Positions 13,823 through 26,446 of a stretch of 64,000 nucleotides of DNA are shown in pieces. Made by a program: the position numbers and the translations under genes. Numbering within the stretch: the first letter of the stretch is position 1; the number at the start of each line of letters is the position of its first letter. A model generated the notes under the pieces. It was given only the letters and a program-made list of their open reading frames with translations, ran no database searches and was not told the DNA's origin. The DNA lies in contig NW_027590156.1 of the NCBI RefSeq assembly GCF_964213995.1, positions 620,001 through 684,000 of the forward strand. The letters are read 5' to 3'. The stretch is from Mustelus asterias. Taxonomy: Eukaryota.

Positions 13823-14390
13823 TTTGCTGCCTTTTGTCTTCATATTTCCCCTTACTCCATATAAACGCTTTCCTTGCTTGCCTGATCCTCTCTTTTTCCA
13901 ATGGAAACATAAAGGAGATAAAGTTATGATCGCTATCCTCAAGATGCTCTCCCACTGAAAGATTTGACACCTGTCCAGGGTCATTGGTCAGTATCCGCTC
14001 AAGCACAGCCTCTCCTCTTGTCGGCTTGTCCACATGCTGTGTCAGGAAACGCTCCTGAACACACCTAACGAACTCCTCCCCATCCAAGCCACTTACCCTC
14101 GGGATATTCCATTCTATGTTTGGGAAATTAAAGTCTCCCATCACAACAACTCTGCTATTATTGCAACTCTCCAGGATCTGTTTCCCTATCTGCTCCTCCA
14201 CCTCCCTTTTACTATTGGGTGGCCTATCGAAAACTCCCAGCAAAGTGATCGACCCCTTCCCACTCCGAACTTCCACCCAGAGAGACTCTGTCGATAATGC
14301 CTCCACAGCATACACCTTCTCTACAGCTGTGACACTATCCCTGATCAGCAGTGCCACTCCACCCCTTCTCTTGCCTCCCTCCCTGTCCTG
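13823..14390 (-). mobile_element. CR1 internal fragment (APE domain), related to the 5830-8935 copy
   Basis: DREGGKRRGGVALLIRDSVTAVEK...VMGDFNFP closely matches the 5830 element. Confidence 0.85.
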
Positions 14391-14497
14391 AATATGGGCC
14401 AAATGTGGGCAATTTGAACTCGCTTATTGGTAAAAACTGCAGGTGTGGACAAGTTGGGCCAACGGGCCTGTTTCCATGTTGTAAACCTCTATGAATC

Positions 14498-14747
14498 TAC
14501 TGTGAAAATCCCCTGGTCGCCACACTCCGGGGCCTGTTCGGGTTCACTGAGGGAGAATTTGGCATGGCCAATGCACCTAACCAGCACGTCTTTCAGACTG
14601 TGAGTGGAAACAGGAGCACCCGGACGATACACACACAGACACGGGGAAACATGCAGACTGAACACAGACAATGACCCAAGCTGGGAATTGAACACGGGTC
14701 TCTGCCGTTGAAAGGCAGCAGTGCTAACCACTGTGCCACCGTGCTCC
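14498..14747 (-). mobile_element. tRNA-derived SINE (HE1-related)
   Basis: Minus-strand A box GGTGGCACAGTGG and B-box-like GTTCAATTCC; body shared with the other SINEs in the window. Confidence 0.8.
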
Positions 14748-15293
14748 TGCGAGGCAGCAGTGCCTAACCCCTGTGCCACCGTGTCACTGTGAGGCAGCAG
14801 TGCTACCCACTGTGCAACCGTGCTGCTCTGAGGCAGCAGTGTTAACCACTGTGCCACTGTGTCGCTGTGAGGCAGCAGTGATAACCACTGTGCCACCATG
14901 TCGCTGTGAGGCAGCAGTGATAACCACTGTGCCACCATGTCGCTGTGAGGCAGCAGTGCTAACCACTGTGCCACCATGTCGCTGTGAGGCAGCAGTGCTA
15001 ACCACTGTGCCACCGTGTCGCTGCGAGGCAGCAGTGATAACCACTGTGCCACCGTGTCGCTGCGAGGCAGCAGTGATAACCACTGTGCCACCATGTCGCT
15101 GTGAGGCAGCAGTGCTAACCACTGTGCCACCGTGTCGCTGCGAGGCAGCAGTGATAACCACTGTGCCACCATGTCGCTGTGAGGCAGCAGTGCTAACCAC
15201 TGTGCCACCGTGTCGCTGTGAGGTAGCAGTGCTAACCACTGTGCCACCATGCTGCTGTGAGGCAGCAGTGCTAACCACTGTGCCACCGTGTCG
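14705..15293 (-). repeat. 39-bp tandem array of the SINE 5' head, about 15 copies
   Basis: Unit GACA(C/T)GGTGGCACAGTGGTTA(G/T)CACTGCTGCCTCACAGC on the minus strand; explains the 13-aa repeat ORFs. Confidence 0.92.
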
Positions 15294-15673
15294 TGTTAGA
15301 GATTCATTGGGCTGAGGATGCTGGAAAGTGGAAGTTGTATGTCTGGAGATGAGGAGTTCTTGGGGAAAGAATCCACCAGTAAGAGTGGTAAAGTATACCA
15401 GAAGAAACAAATACAGAAAATGCCGTTAAATCAGCAGGTCTGACAGCATCTGTGGAGAGAGAATAGAGCCAATGTTTCAACTCTGGATGACCCTTCGTTA
15501 GAATTCTTTCCGATTCCAGTTTCTGCAGTACCTTGCTTTTGTACAAGAATAAACTCTGTGTGCCCTTGTTAAAGAGAGGGCAATAATCACGTGTGTTTTA
15601 AATCTGCATATGAACCGTAACAATAAAATTAGCTTTCTTAAAATGTCATTTTTAGTGTCATCGGTCAGTTTAC

Positions 15674-16240
15674 ATTAACACTGCAATTAAGTTACTGTGA
15701 AAATCCCCTAGTCGCCACACTCCAGTGCCTGTTCAGGTACACTGAGGGAGAATTTCGCATGGCCAATCCACCTAACGAGCACATTTGGACTCGAAGGAGC
15801 AATTTAGGATGGCCAATCCCCCTAACTTGCCCATCATTGGACATTAAGGAGCAATTTTGCATGGTCAATTCACCTAACCTTGTCATCTCTGGACAATAAG
15901 GGGTAATTTATCATGGCCAATCCCCCTAACCAGTACATCTTTGGACACTAAAGGATAATCTGTACAGCCAATCCCCCTAACCTGCACATCATTGGACACA
16001 AAGGGGCAATTTTGCATGGTTAATTCACCTAACCTTGTCATCTCTGGACAACAAGGGGCAATTTAGCATGGCCAATCCACCTAATCTGCACATCTTTGGA
16101 CTGTGGGGTGAAACTGGAGCACACAGAGGAGAACCACGCAGATACGGGGAGAACATGCAGGCTCCACAAAAACAGTGACGCAAGCCTGGAATCAAACCCA
16201 GTTCCCTGGTGCTGTGAGGTAACACAGCTAAACCAATAAA
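15674..16240 (-). mobile_element. tRNA-derived SINE with an internal ~52-bp tandem expansion (15750-16100)
   Basis: SINE head and tail flank about 7 copies of GGACACTAAGGGGCAATTTAGCATGGCCAATCCCCCTAACCTGCACATCTTT. Confidence 0.8.
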
Positions 16241-16704
16241 CCAGGCACCAGGTTATATTTGTCTTGGTATTCTGCAATGTGATCGGATTATTTGAACCAT
16301 CATGATTTTTCACTATCTGCTGAAATTTCCAAAGCTTATCATCCTAAAAGCATCTTAGGGAAATGTTTGAGTGAATAATCCATCGCCCCCGTGACTGTCT
16401 TGGAGGAGTTGAATAACAGGTACTGAACTGAAGGGTGTTGTTCTTACCATAAGAGTCAGATCCATAGCCTGATATAAAGAAGGCAAATTTATGTTAAATC
16501 TTGGATAAAATTATTTCAAAATCAACATGCTTAAAGATATTTATGCCTTAAGAAAAAAGAAAAGTGCTGCACGTGAACAGGCCCTTCGGCCCTCCAATGT
16601 ACACTCTCCCATGTATCTCTTGGAATGTGAATGCTTTTGCTCTGTAAAGAAGTGCTGATTGTATCGGGATGTTTAACACTCAAGCACCAGTGAATAAGTA
16701 TAAA

Positions 16705-17000
16705 GTTTATTTATTAGTGTCACAAGTAGGCTTACATCAACACTGCAATGACGTTACTGTGAAAATCCCCGAGTCGCCACATTCCGGCGCCTGTTCGGGT
16801 TACACTGAGGGAGAATTTAGCACGGTCAATGCACCGTAACCAGCACGTCTTTGCACTGTGGGAGGAAACTGGAGCACCCGGAGGACACCCACTCAGACAT
16901 GAGGAGAATGTGCAGACTGCGTACAGACAGTGACGCAAGACGGCAATCAAACCCAGGTCCCTGTCGCTGTGAGGCAGCAGTGCTAATCACTGTGCCACCG
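16705..17000 (-). mobile_element. tRNA-derived SINE
   Basis: Complete head to AATAAATAAACTT tail on the minus strand. Confidence 0.82.
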
Positions 17001-17167
17001 GAGTGGGAGTGGTATAAAGCAGCCTAACAGGAATCACAGTGTAGGACAAGGTAGGGCATCTTACGGGAAAAGGGTAGCAGATTTAAAACAGATATGAGGA
17101 GAAATTACTTCTCTCAATGGGTGGTGAATCTGTGGAATTCATTACCTCGGAGTGCCGTGGATGCTGG

Positions 17168-17833
17168 TGTTGTAGGTAAAATAATAACTCTGAGACCAGT
17201 CGTGAGTCAAAGTACAGTGGTTTATTTTCACAATTGTGGGAGAAGTCCGATCCCTAACGCGGTCTCCAGACTTCTCACCGAATACAGATCATGAGCAAAC
17301 ATTTATACCTATATTTTCGCCCCTGGTCACGTCTGTATCTTCCCACGATTATTGCTGCCTCAGTGATTCCATCCTTCACGTAGTCCATGTAATCGTGGCC
17401 ATCTCAAGGCTGCCTGTTTGTCGCCTCTATGTGGACTCCTGTGGGTTGTTCAGATTATAAGTTTGTACACACAGGTTAACTGACGTACAGGGGTCTATAT
17501 AACACTTTATATCGGTGAGGAAGAATAGTATATAATTAATAAATGTGAATTTATGATTATACAATCACAGAAGGTATACATGTAAGTTCCACCATGTTAA
17601 AATGGATTCTCCTTCGCTGACTCTGCTTAGCTTATATTAGCTGGGAAAATCATATGGTTGAAAACCGCAGCAAGGACAGCTGTCTCTCTTATCTGGTTTG
17701 ATACATGAAAACAAGCTTTACGGACACGAAAACAATGAGCTCTGCATTGCCTCTCACAAATCTCTTAATTATTACAGCGTTCGGGTCTCAACGCTTAAGT
17801 GTTACAAAGTTCATTAACCCATTCTCGTCTTCA
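17168..17833 (-). mobile_element. Solo LTR (666 bp) inserted in a CR1 3' fragment
   Basis: TG...CA termini, 4-bp target-site duplication CTGG (17164-17167 and 17834-17837), minus-strand TATAAA (17302-17307) and AATAAA (17221-17226). The host CR1 sequence resumes across the insert. Confidence 0.75.
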
Positions 17834-18260
17834 CTGGTACATGGCAAATTTGAGGAGACAGACAGAGTTTTAATTAATAATGGGTTGAAGCATGGGCTGG
17901 TTGGTGGGGGGGTGGGGGGGGGGGATCTGTCTGATAACGGGAAGGGGGGCTGGGTAATATTGTACTTGTTGCCCCTCAGATAGTTAAGGGTTTACCCGAC
18001 GATTGTCCATAGGGCCTATTCTACTGGAGAGTTGTGCTGTGCCTGCTACCATCTGACAAACTGATTTCAATCACTGACATCAGATCATAGCCACACTGAA
18101 AACATTAGGAGGGGGAAACTCTCTTGTAACTTTGGATTTTATTTTAAAGGTGCAGATGGTGTCCCTTATGGGACAGCCCCACATGCCCTACCCCACCCCA
18201 AATAAACACCCCACCCCCCTCGGTATTCCATGTTCATCCAACAGAAGGGACTCTTCAGTT

Positions 18261-20845
18261 AGAACATAGAACAGTACAGCACAGAACAGGCCCTTCAGCC
18301 CACGATGTTGTGCCGAGCTTTATCTGAAACCAAGATCAAGCTATCCCACTCCCTATCATCCTGGTGTGCTCCATGTGCCGATCCAATAATCGCTTAAATG
18401 TTCCTAATGTGTCTGACTCCACTATCACTGCAGGCAGTCCATTCCACACCCCAACCACTCTCTGCGTAAAGAATTTACCTCTGACATCCTTCCTATATCT
18501 CCCAACATGAACCCTATAGTTATGCCCCCTTGTAATAGCTCCATCCACCCGAGGAAATAGTCTTTGAACGTTCACTCTATCTATCCCCTTCATCATTTTA
18601 TAAACCTCTATTAAGTCTCCCCTCAGCCTCCTCCGCTCCAGAGAGAACACCCTAGCTCCCTCAACCTTTCCTCACAAGACCTACCCTCCAAACCAGGCAG
18701 CATCCTGGTAAATCTCCTCTGCACTCTTTCCAGCGCTTCCACATCCTTCTTATAGTGAGTTGACCAGAACTGCACACAATATTCCAAATGTGGTCTCACC
18801 AAGGTCCTGTACAGTTGCAGCATAACCCCACGGCTCTTAAACTCCAACCCCCTGTTAATAAAAGCTAACACATTATAGGCCTTCTTCACACCTCTATCCA
18901 CTTGAGTGGCAACCTTTAGAGATCTGTGGATATGGACCCCAAGATCTCTCTGTTCCTCCACAGTCCTCAGAACCCTACCTTTGACCCTGTAATCCACATT
19001 TAAATTAGTCCTACCAAAATGAATCACCTCACATTCATCAGGGTTAAACTCCATTTGCCATTTTTCAGCCCAGCTTTGCATCCTATCTATGTCTCTTGGC
19101 AGCCTACAACAGACCTCCCCCTCATCCACTACTCCACCAATCTTGGTGTCATCAGCAAATTTACTGATCCACCCTGCAGCCCCCTCCTCCAAGTCATTTA
19201 TAAAAATTACAAATAGCAGAGGACCAAGCACTGATCCCTGTGTCACTCCGCTGGTAACCGGTTTCCAGTACGAACATTTTCCATCCACCACCACCCTCTG
19301 TCTTCTGTTAGATAGCCAGTTACCTATCCAATCGGCCAACTTTCCCTCTATCCCACACATCCTTACTTTCTTCATAAGCCGACCATGGGGTCTTTATCAA
19401 ACGCCTTACTAAAATCCATGTATCTGACATCAACTGCACTATCTTCATCTACACACATAGTTACCTCCTCAAAAAATTCTATCAAATTTGTGAGGCAAGA
19501 CTTGCCCTTCACAAATCCGTGCTGACTATCCCGGATTAAGCCGCTTATTTCCAAATCGTCTTAAATCCCATTCCTAAGGACCTTTTCCATCAACTTACCA
19601 ATCACCGAAGTAAGACTAACCGGCCTATAATTACCAGGGTCATTTCTATTCCCTTTCTCAAACAGAGGAACAACATTTGCCACTCTCCAGTCCTCTGGCA
19701 CCACCCCCGTGGACAGTGAGGACGCAAAGATCAAAGCCAAAGGCTCTGCTATCTCATCCCTTGCCTCCCAAAGAATCCCACGATATATTTCATCAGGCCC
19801 AGGGGACTTATCAACTTTCAGTTTATTCAAAATTGATAGTACATCTTCCCTCCGAACATCTACTTCATCCAGCCTATCAGCCTGTGACACCCTCTCTGCC
19901 TCAAAAACATGGCCCCTCTCCTTGGTGAACACCGAAGAAAAGTATTCATTCATCACCTCTCCTATCTCTTCTGACTCCATGCACAAATTCCCCCTGCCGT
20001 CCTTGACTGGCCCCAGCCACACCCTGGTCATTCTTTTACTCCTCACATAAGAGTAAAAAGCCTTGGGGTTTTCCTTGATCCGACCCACCAATGACTTCTC
20101 ATGCCCCCTCCTAGCTCTCCTAAGCCCCCTTTTCAGCTCATTTCTTGCTAACTTGTAACCTTCCATCGAGCCAACTGAACCTTGTTTCCTCAACCTAACA
20201 TACGCTTCCTTCTTCCTCTTGATAAGACATTCCACCTGTTTTGTGAACCATGGATCCCTCACCAGCCATTTCCTCTCTGCCTGGCAGGGACATACCTATG
20301 AATGACACGCAGTATTTGTTCCTCGAAAAAGTTCCACTTTTCAATCGTGCCTTTCCCTGACAGTTTCTGTTCCCAACTTATTCTTCCTAATTCCCGCCTG
20401 ATTTCATCATAATTACCTCTCCCCCAATTGTAAACCTTGCCCTGCCGTATGGCCCTATCCCTCTCCATTGCAATAACAAAAGACACCGAATTGTGGTCAC
20501 TATCTCCAAAGTGCTCTCCCACAACCAAATCTAACACTTGGCCCGGTTCATTTCCCAGTACCAAATCCAATGTGGCCTCACCTCCTGTCGGCCTATCCAC
20601 ATATTGTGTCAGGAAACCCTCCTGCACACACTGCACAAAAACTACCCCATCCGAACTATTCGACCTATAAAGGTTCCAATCAATATTTGGAAAGTTAAAG
20701 TCCCCCATGACAACTACCCTGTGACCCCCACACATATCCATAATCTGCTTGGCAATTTCTTCCTCCACATCTCTATTACTATTTGGGGGCCGATAGTAAA
20801 CTCCTAACAACGTCACCGCTCCTTTCCTATTTCTAACCCCTGGCA
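18261..20845 (-). mobile_element. 5'-truncated CR1 LINE of the same subfamily as 9880-13822
   Basis: Translations nearly identical to the ORF2 of 9880-13822, broken by frameshifts; 3' tail at 18261. Confidence 0.93.
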
Positions 20846-21227
20846 ATAAAATGAAACAAAACTTACTCCAACTTGTAAATCAAACAGAAAGGTTTAATAA
20901 TGAAACTTAATTATTCCAACACTCGAGACCTCACCCTGGGCCATTCCAAGCTCCCACAAACCACAGCAGCTTCTTACTTATACTGAGTCAGCTGGTCAGC
21001 TGATCGCCACGTCATTTTCTCATTGGTTACATAGTTTCCTAGGTCAGCTGACCCTTATGGCTTGTTCCCATTGGTCACTACATCAGATCCAATGTGGTTC
21101 TGTTGGTTGTTACATTGATTCCATTCTAACATTCCACTCACACCTGCCTCTCCCACCACCTGATCCCCACCAACCCAACCAGCATGAACCCATCACTTCC
21201 CCGCTACTCCATGACCTCAGCAACACT

Positions 21228-21670
21228 CAGAGAATCATAGAATCACATGGCGCAGAAGAGGCCCTTCGGCCCATCGAGTCTGCACTGACGCATGAAATGC
21301 CCTGACCTGCCCACGTAATCCCATTTACCAGCACCTGGTCCGTAGCCCTGAGTGTTATGATGTGCCAAGTGCTCAGCCAGGCACTTTTTGAAGGATGTGA
21401 GGCATCCCGCCTCGACCACCCTCCCAGGCAGCGCATTCCAGACCATCACCACCCTCTGGGTAAAGGGCTTTTCCTCACATCCCCCCAAACCTCCTGACCC
21501 TCACCTTGAACCTATGTCCTCTCTTAACTGACCCTTCAACTGAGGGAATCAACTGCTCCTTATCCACTCTGTCCATGTCCCTCATAATCTTGTACACCTC
21601 GATCAGGTCGCCCCTCAGTCTTCTCTGCTCCAAGGAAAACTGCCCAAGCCGATACAATCTCTCGTCATAA
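21228..21670 (-). mobile_element. CR1 3' fragment
   Basis: RRLRGDLIEVYK and FTQRVV motifs, with a TTCTATGATTCT tail. Confidence 0.85.
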
Positions 21671-21675
21671 AACCT

Positions 21676-24140
21676 TGAGACAGAGGAACAGATTTAGGCC
21701 ATTCGGCCCACCGAGTCTGCTCCATCATTCAATCATGGCTGATATGATTCTCATCCCCATTCTCCTGTCTTCTCCCCATGACCCTTGATTCCTTTATTGA
21801 TCAAGAACCCATCTATCTCTGTCTTAAAGATGCTCAATGACCTGGCCTCCAAAGCCCTCTGTGGCAACGAATTCTACAGATTCACCACTCTCTGGCTGAA
21901 GAAATTCCTCCTTATCTCCGTTTTGCAGGACCGTCCCTTTAGCCTGAGGTTATGCCCTCTGGTTCTAGTTTTTCCTATTAGTGGAAACATCCTCTCCACG
22001 TCCACTCTATCCAGGCCTCGCAGTATCCTGTAAGCTTCAATAAGATCACCCTCATCCATCGAAACTCCATCGAGTACAGACCCAGAGTCTTCAACCGTTC
22101 CTCATACGACAAGCTCTTCATTCCAGGGATCATTCTTGTGAAACTCCTCTGGACCCTTTCCAAGGCCAGCACATCCTTCCTCAGATACTGGGCCCAAAAC
22201 CGCTCACAATGCTCCAAATCTAGCCTTATGTAGCCTCAGAAGTCCATCCCTGCTCTTGTATTCCAGCCCTCTCGGCATGAATGCGAACATTGTATTTGTC
22301 TTCCTGACTGCGAACTGAACCTACACGTTAACCTTCAGAGAATCTTGAACAAGGACTCCCTAGTCCGTTTGTGCTTCTGATTGCCTAAGCATTTCCCCAA
22401 TTAGAAAATAGTCTATGCCTCCATTTCTCCTTCCAATGTTCATAATCTCACACTTTTCCACGTTATATTCCATCTGCCACTTCTTTGCCCACTCTCCTAA
22501 CCTGTCCAAGTCCTTGTGCAGTCCCCCTGCTTCCTCAATACTATCTCTCCCTCTACATATCTTTCCATCATCTGCAAAATTGGCAACAGTGGCTTCATTT
22601 CGTTCTTCCAAATCGTTAATGTGTATTGTGAAAAGTTGTGTTCCCAGCACCGACCCCTAAGGCACACCACTAGTCACCAGCTGCGATCCTAAAAAATACC
22701 CATTTATCCCCACTCTCTGCCTTCTGCCAGTCGACCAACCCTCTATCCATGCCAGGATCTTACCCTTATCACCATGGGCTCTTAATTTTTTTAACAGCCT
22801 CCGACGTGGCACCTTGTCAAAGGCCTTTTGGAAATCCAAATAAATCAGGTCCACTGGTTCTCCTTTATCTAACTTCCTTGTTACCTCCTAAAGAACTCTC
22901 ACAGATTTGTCAGACATGAGCTCCCCTTGACAATGCCGTGTTGACTCAGTCCTATTTCATCATGCACTTCCAAGTACTCCGTAATCTCATATTTAATAAT
23001 GGACTCTAAAATGTTGCCAATGAACGAAGTCAGTCAAACCGGCCTATAATTTCCCGTCTGCTGCCTCCCTCCCTTCTTAAACAGCGGTGTTACATTAGCA
23101 ACTTTCCAGTCCTCTGGGACACTCCCTGCCTCCACTGATTATATTGCTTTTATGCTGTCCTTGACTTTCCTCGTAAGCCATGGACGCTTCATCCTCTCTT
23201 TGGCAGGTTTCCTCCTCCTTGGGATGAATTTCTGTTGTGCCTCGGGAATAAGCCCCCAAAACTCCTGCCATTGCTGTTCCACTGTCTCCCCTGCTAGGCT
23301 CCCTTTCCAATCAACTCCAACCAGCTCCTCCCTCATGTCTTTGTAGTTACCACTATTTAATTGTAATATCCTTGCATCTGATTCTAGCTTCTCCCTCTCA
23401 AACTGCAGGGTAAATTCTATCATATTGTGGTCACTGCTCTCTCAGCGTTACTTCACTTTAAGTTCCCTAATCAAATCTGCCTCATTACACATCACCAAAT
23501 CCAGAATTCCCAGTTCCCCAGTAGGCTCTGTCACAAGGTGGTCCAAAGAACCATCTCTCAGACATTCCACAAATTCCTTTTCTTGGGATCCACGACCTAA
23601 CGGATTTTCCCAGACCACCTGGATATTGAAGTCCCCATTAATTATTGTAACTATTGCCTTTTTATATGCCTTCTCTATCTCCAGATTTATTTTCTGCCCC
23701 TCATCCTGACTACTGCTTGGAGGCCTGTACATAACTTCCATCAGGGTATTTTTTACCATTGTTTTTCCTCAACTCTACCCACATTCTATGCCTTCTGATC
23801 CTATGTCGCTTCTTGCTATTGATTTAACGCCATTCCTTAATAACAATGCAACCCCACCTCCTTTGCCCATCTGCCTGTTCTTCCAATAGGACACCTATCC
23901 TTGGATATTTAGATCCCAGCCCTGATCCCCTTGCAGCCATGTCTCTGTGATGCCCACAACATCGTACTGGCCAATTTTAATGTGCGCAACAAGCTCATTT
24001 ACCTTGATCCATATTCTGTGCACATTTAGGTACAACACCCGCAGTCCTGCATTGACCACCCCCTTCCCATTTTTGTCACCTTTTTTGCTCTGCCTGAGGT
24101 TAGATTCCTGCCACCTTCTATACTCTCTGTTCTATTATGT
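21676..24140 (-). mobile_element. Degenerate CR1 LINE (APE and RT remnants, internal deletion)
   Basis: YRPP, GDFN, YLDFQKAFDKVP, FADD and LERVQR remnants across several frames. Confidence 0.88.
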
Positions 24141-24809
24141 GGGAGGCCAGGGAGGCCTGGAATCAACAGCTCCTCCACTCATGGAGGGGACAGGGAACTC
24201 GACATTGGTTACTGATGACGGGTGGGAAGACGATCAAACGTTGGTGGGTTCATCAAGGCCATACTCAGCAGAGAGGATCTTAAAACTGGCTCCAGTCCAC
24301 AGGCATCAACCCCCAGAGATTGTCTTCCCCCTGATCAGGTCTATGTGAGATGGACGTAAGGGTGAGGGATGAACTATGGGTTGTGTTATATTGTAAATAT
24401 GCTGTGGATTCTGCACCAAGCCTGTATGAGGTAAATAGGGAAAAATGTACAATTGTTCGTAAACGGTTTCAAATGCTGTTGCTGTAAAGGGGGAGTGGGG
24501 GGGCAGGGGGTGGGGGGGCGGGGGGGATGGTGAGGAGGGGGTTATTATTTACACGGGAGGAGAGCTATATACGTTGGGGCATTCTTTAAGTGAACGGGCC
24601 ATGTGATCTCAGGTGTGGGGTGAGTTGTTGGGATTCTCCCAGAGTGGGCAGTCAATATTTGGACCATTGTGTGAACAGATGGAACAAAGAGTTGTGTCCC
24701 TGACGCCTGACTGTGGAGTCGATATTGAAGAGAATCCTCAGCACCACAGGCCATAAACAAATGGTCTCGGTCCCAGTGCTGCACAACTCTACCAATAGCT
24801 TGAATCCTC

Positions 24810-25595
24810 TATGTCCTCATCTCACACTCTCCTCTAGGTGTCGACTGTCTGTCCCAGTGTCCCCCTCTCACAGTCTCTTCAAGGTGCTGCTTGTCTGTCC
24901 CAGTGTCCCCCTCTCACACACTCCTCAAGGTGCTCCTTGTCTGTCCCAGTGCCCCCCTCTCGCACTCTCCTCGAGGTGCTGCTTGTCTGTCCTGGTGTCC
25001 CCCTCTCCCACTCTCCTCAAGGTGCTGCTTGTCTGTCTTGTTGTCCAGTGTCCCCCGCTCACACTCTCCTCACGGTGCTGACTGTCTGTCCCTGTGCTCC
25101 CCTCTCACACTCTCCTCCAGGTGCTGCTTGTCTGTCCCATTGTCCAGTGTGCCCATCTCACACCCTCCTCAAGGTGCTGACTGTCTGTCCCGGTGTCTCA
25201 GTGTCCCCCTCTCACACTCTCTTCAAGGTGCTGCTTGTCTGTTCTGGAGTCCCCCTCTCACACTCTCCTCAAAGTACTGACTGTCTGTCCCAGTGTCTCC
25301 CTGTACCCCTCTTACACTCACCTCAAGGTGCTGCTTGCCTGTCCCGGTAACCCAGTGTCCCCTCTCAAACTTTCCTCAAGGTGTTGACTGTCTGTCCCGG
25401 TGACCCAGTGTCCCCTCTCACACTCTCCTCAAGGTGCTGACTGTCTGTCCCGGTGACACAGTAACCCCTCTCACACTCTCCTCGCGGTACTGCTTGTCTG
25501 TCCTGGTGTCCCAGAGTCCTCCTCTCACACTCTCCTCAAGGTTCTGCTGACTCTGTTCAGGTGTCCCGGTGTCCTTCTCCCACACTCTCTTCAAG
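24810..25595. repeat. CT-rich minisatellite, 46/55-bp unit (CCCCCTCTCACACTCTCCTCAAGGTGCTGCTTGTCTGTCCCAGTGT, with a 9-bp insertion variant)
   Basis: Tandem periodicity; explains the overlapping repetitive ORFs. Confidence 0.88.
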
Positions 25596-25669
25596 TCACC
25601 CTTGCCTCATTACAACCTCACAATAGAAAATGCTGAGAAAGATTGATGTGAAGCTTCTTGATCAGGTTC

Positions 25670-26330
25670 TTCTGTACATAACACTGAGAGATCGTTCTAT
25701 CTGAAGCCTTAGTTTGTACTGTACGTAACACTGAGAGATAGTTCTATCTGAAGCCTCAGATTGTACTGCACGTAACACTGCGGGATAGTTCTATCTGAAG
25801 CCTCAGATTGTACGGTATGTAACACTGAGAGATAGTTCTATCTGAAGCCTCAAATTGTACTGGACGTTACACTGAGAGATAGTTCTATCTGTAGCCTCAG
25901 ATTGTACTGTACATAACACTGAGAGATCATTCTATCTGATGCCTCAGATTGAACTGTACATAACACTGAGAAATAGTTCTATCCTAAGCCAAAGATTATA
26001 CTGGACATAACACTGAGAGATAGTTTTATTTTAAGCCTCAGATTGCACTGTACATAGGACAGAGATAGTTCTATCTGAAGCCTCAGATTGTACTGTATGT
26101 AACACTGAGAGATAGTTCTATCTGAAGTCTCAAATTGTACTGTACGTAACACTGAGAGATAGTTCTATCTGAAACCTCTTGCTCAGATTGTACTGTACAT
26201 AACACAGAGATAGGTCTATCTGAAACCTCAGATTGCACTGTACGTAACACTGAGAGATGGTTCTTTCTGGTGACCCGAGCTAAGACTGTACTATACGTAA
26301 TGCTGAGAGATCGATCCGTGTGAAGTCCCA
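25670..26330. repeat. 47-bp minisatellite (AACACTGAGAGATAGTTCTATCTGAAGCCTCAGATTGTACTGTAC(A/G)T)n, about 14 copies
   Basis: Tandem periodicity visible in the sequence. Confidence 0.92.
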
Positions 26331-26446
26331 TACTAAGGTTGTTCTGTCCATGAGCTATACATACGATCTGCTACAGCCTGGATGAAGCAGACTATAGCAA
26401 CCCTGATTGACGTTACCTTCATCCAAAACCCACAACCATGATACCC

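Noticed and set aside
14489-15410. 13-aa repeat ORFs
   Set aside because: Produced by the 39-bp SINE head array.
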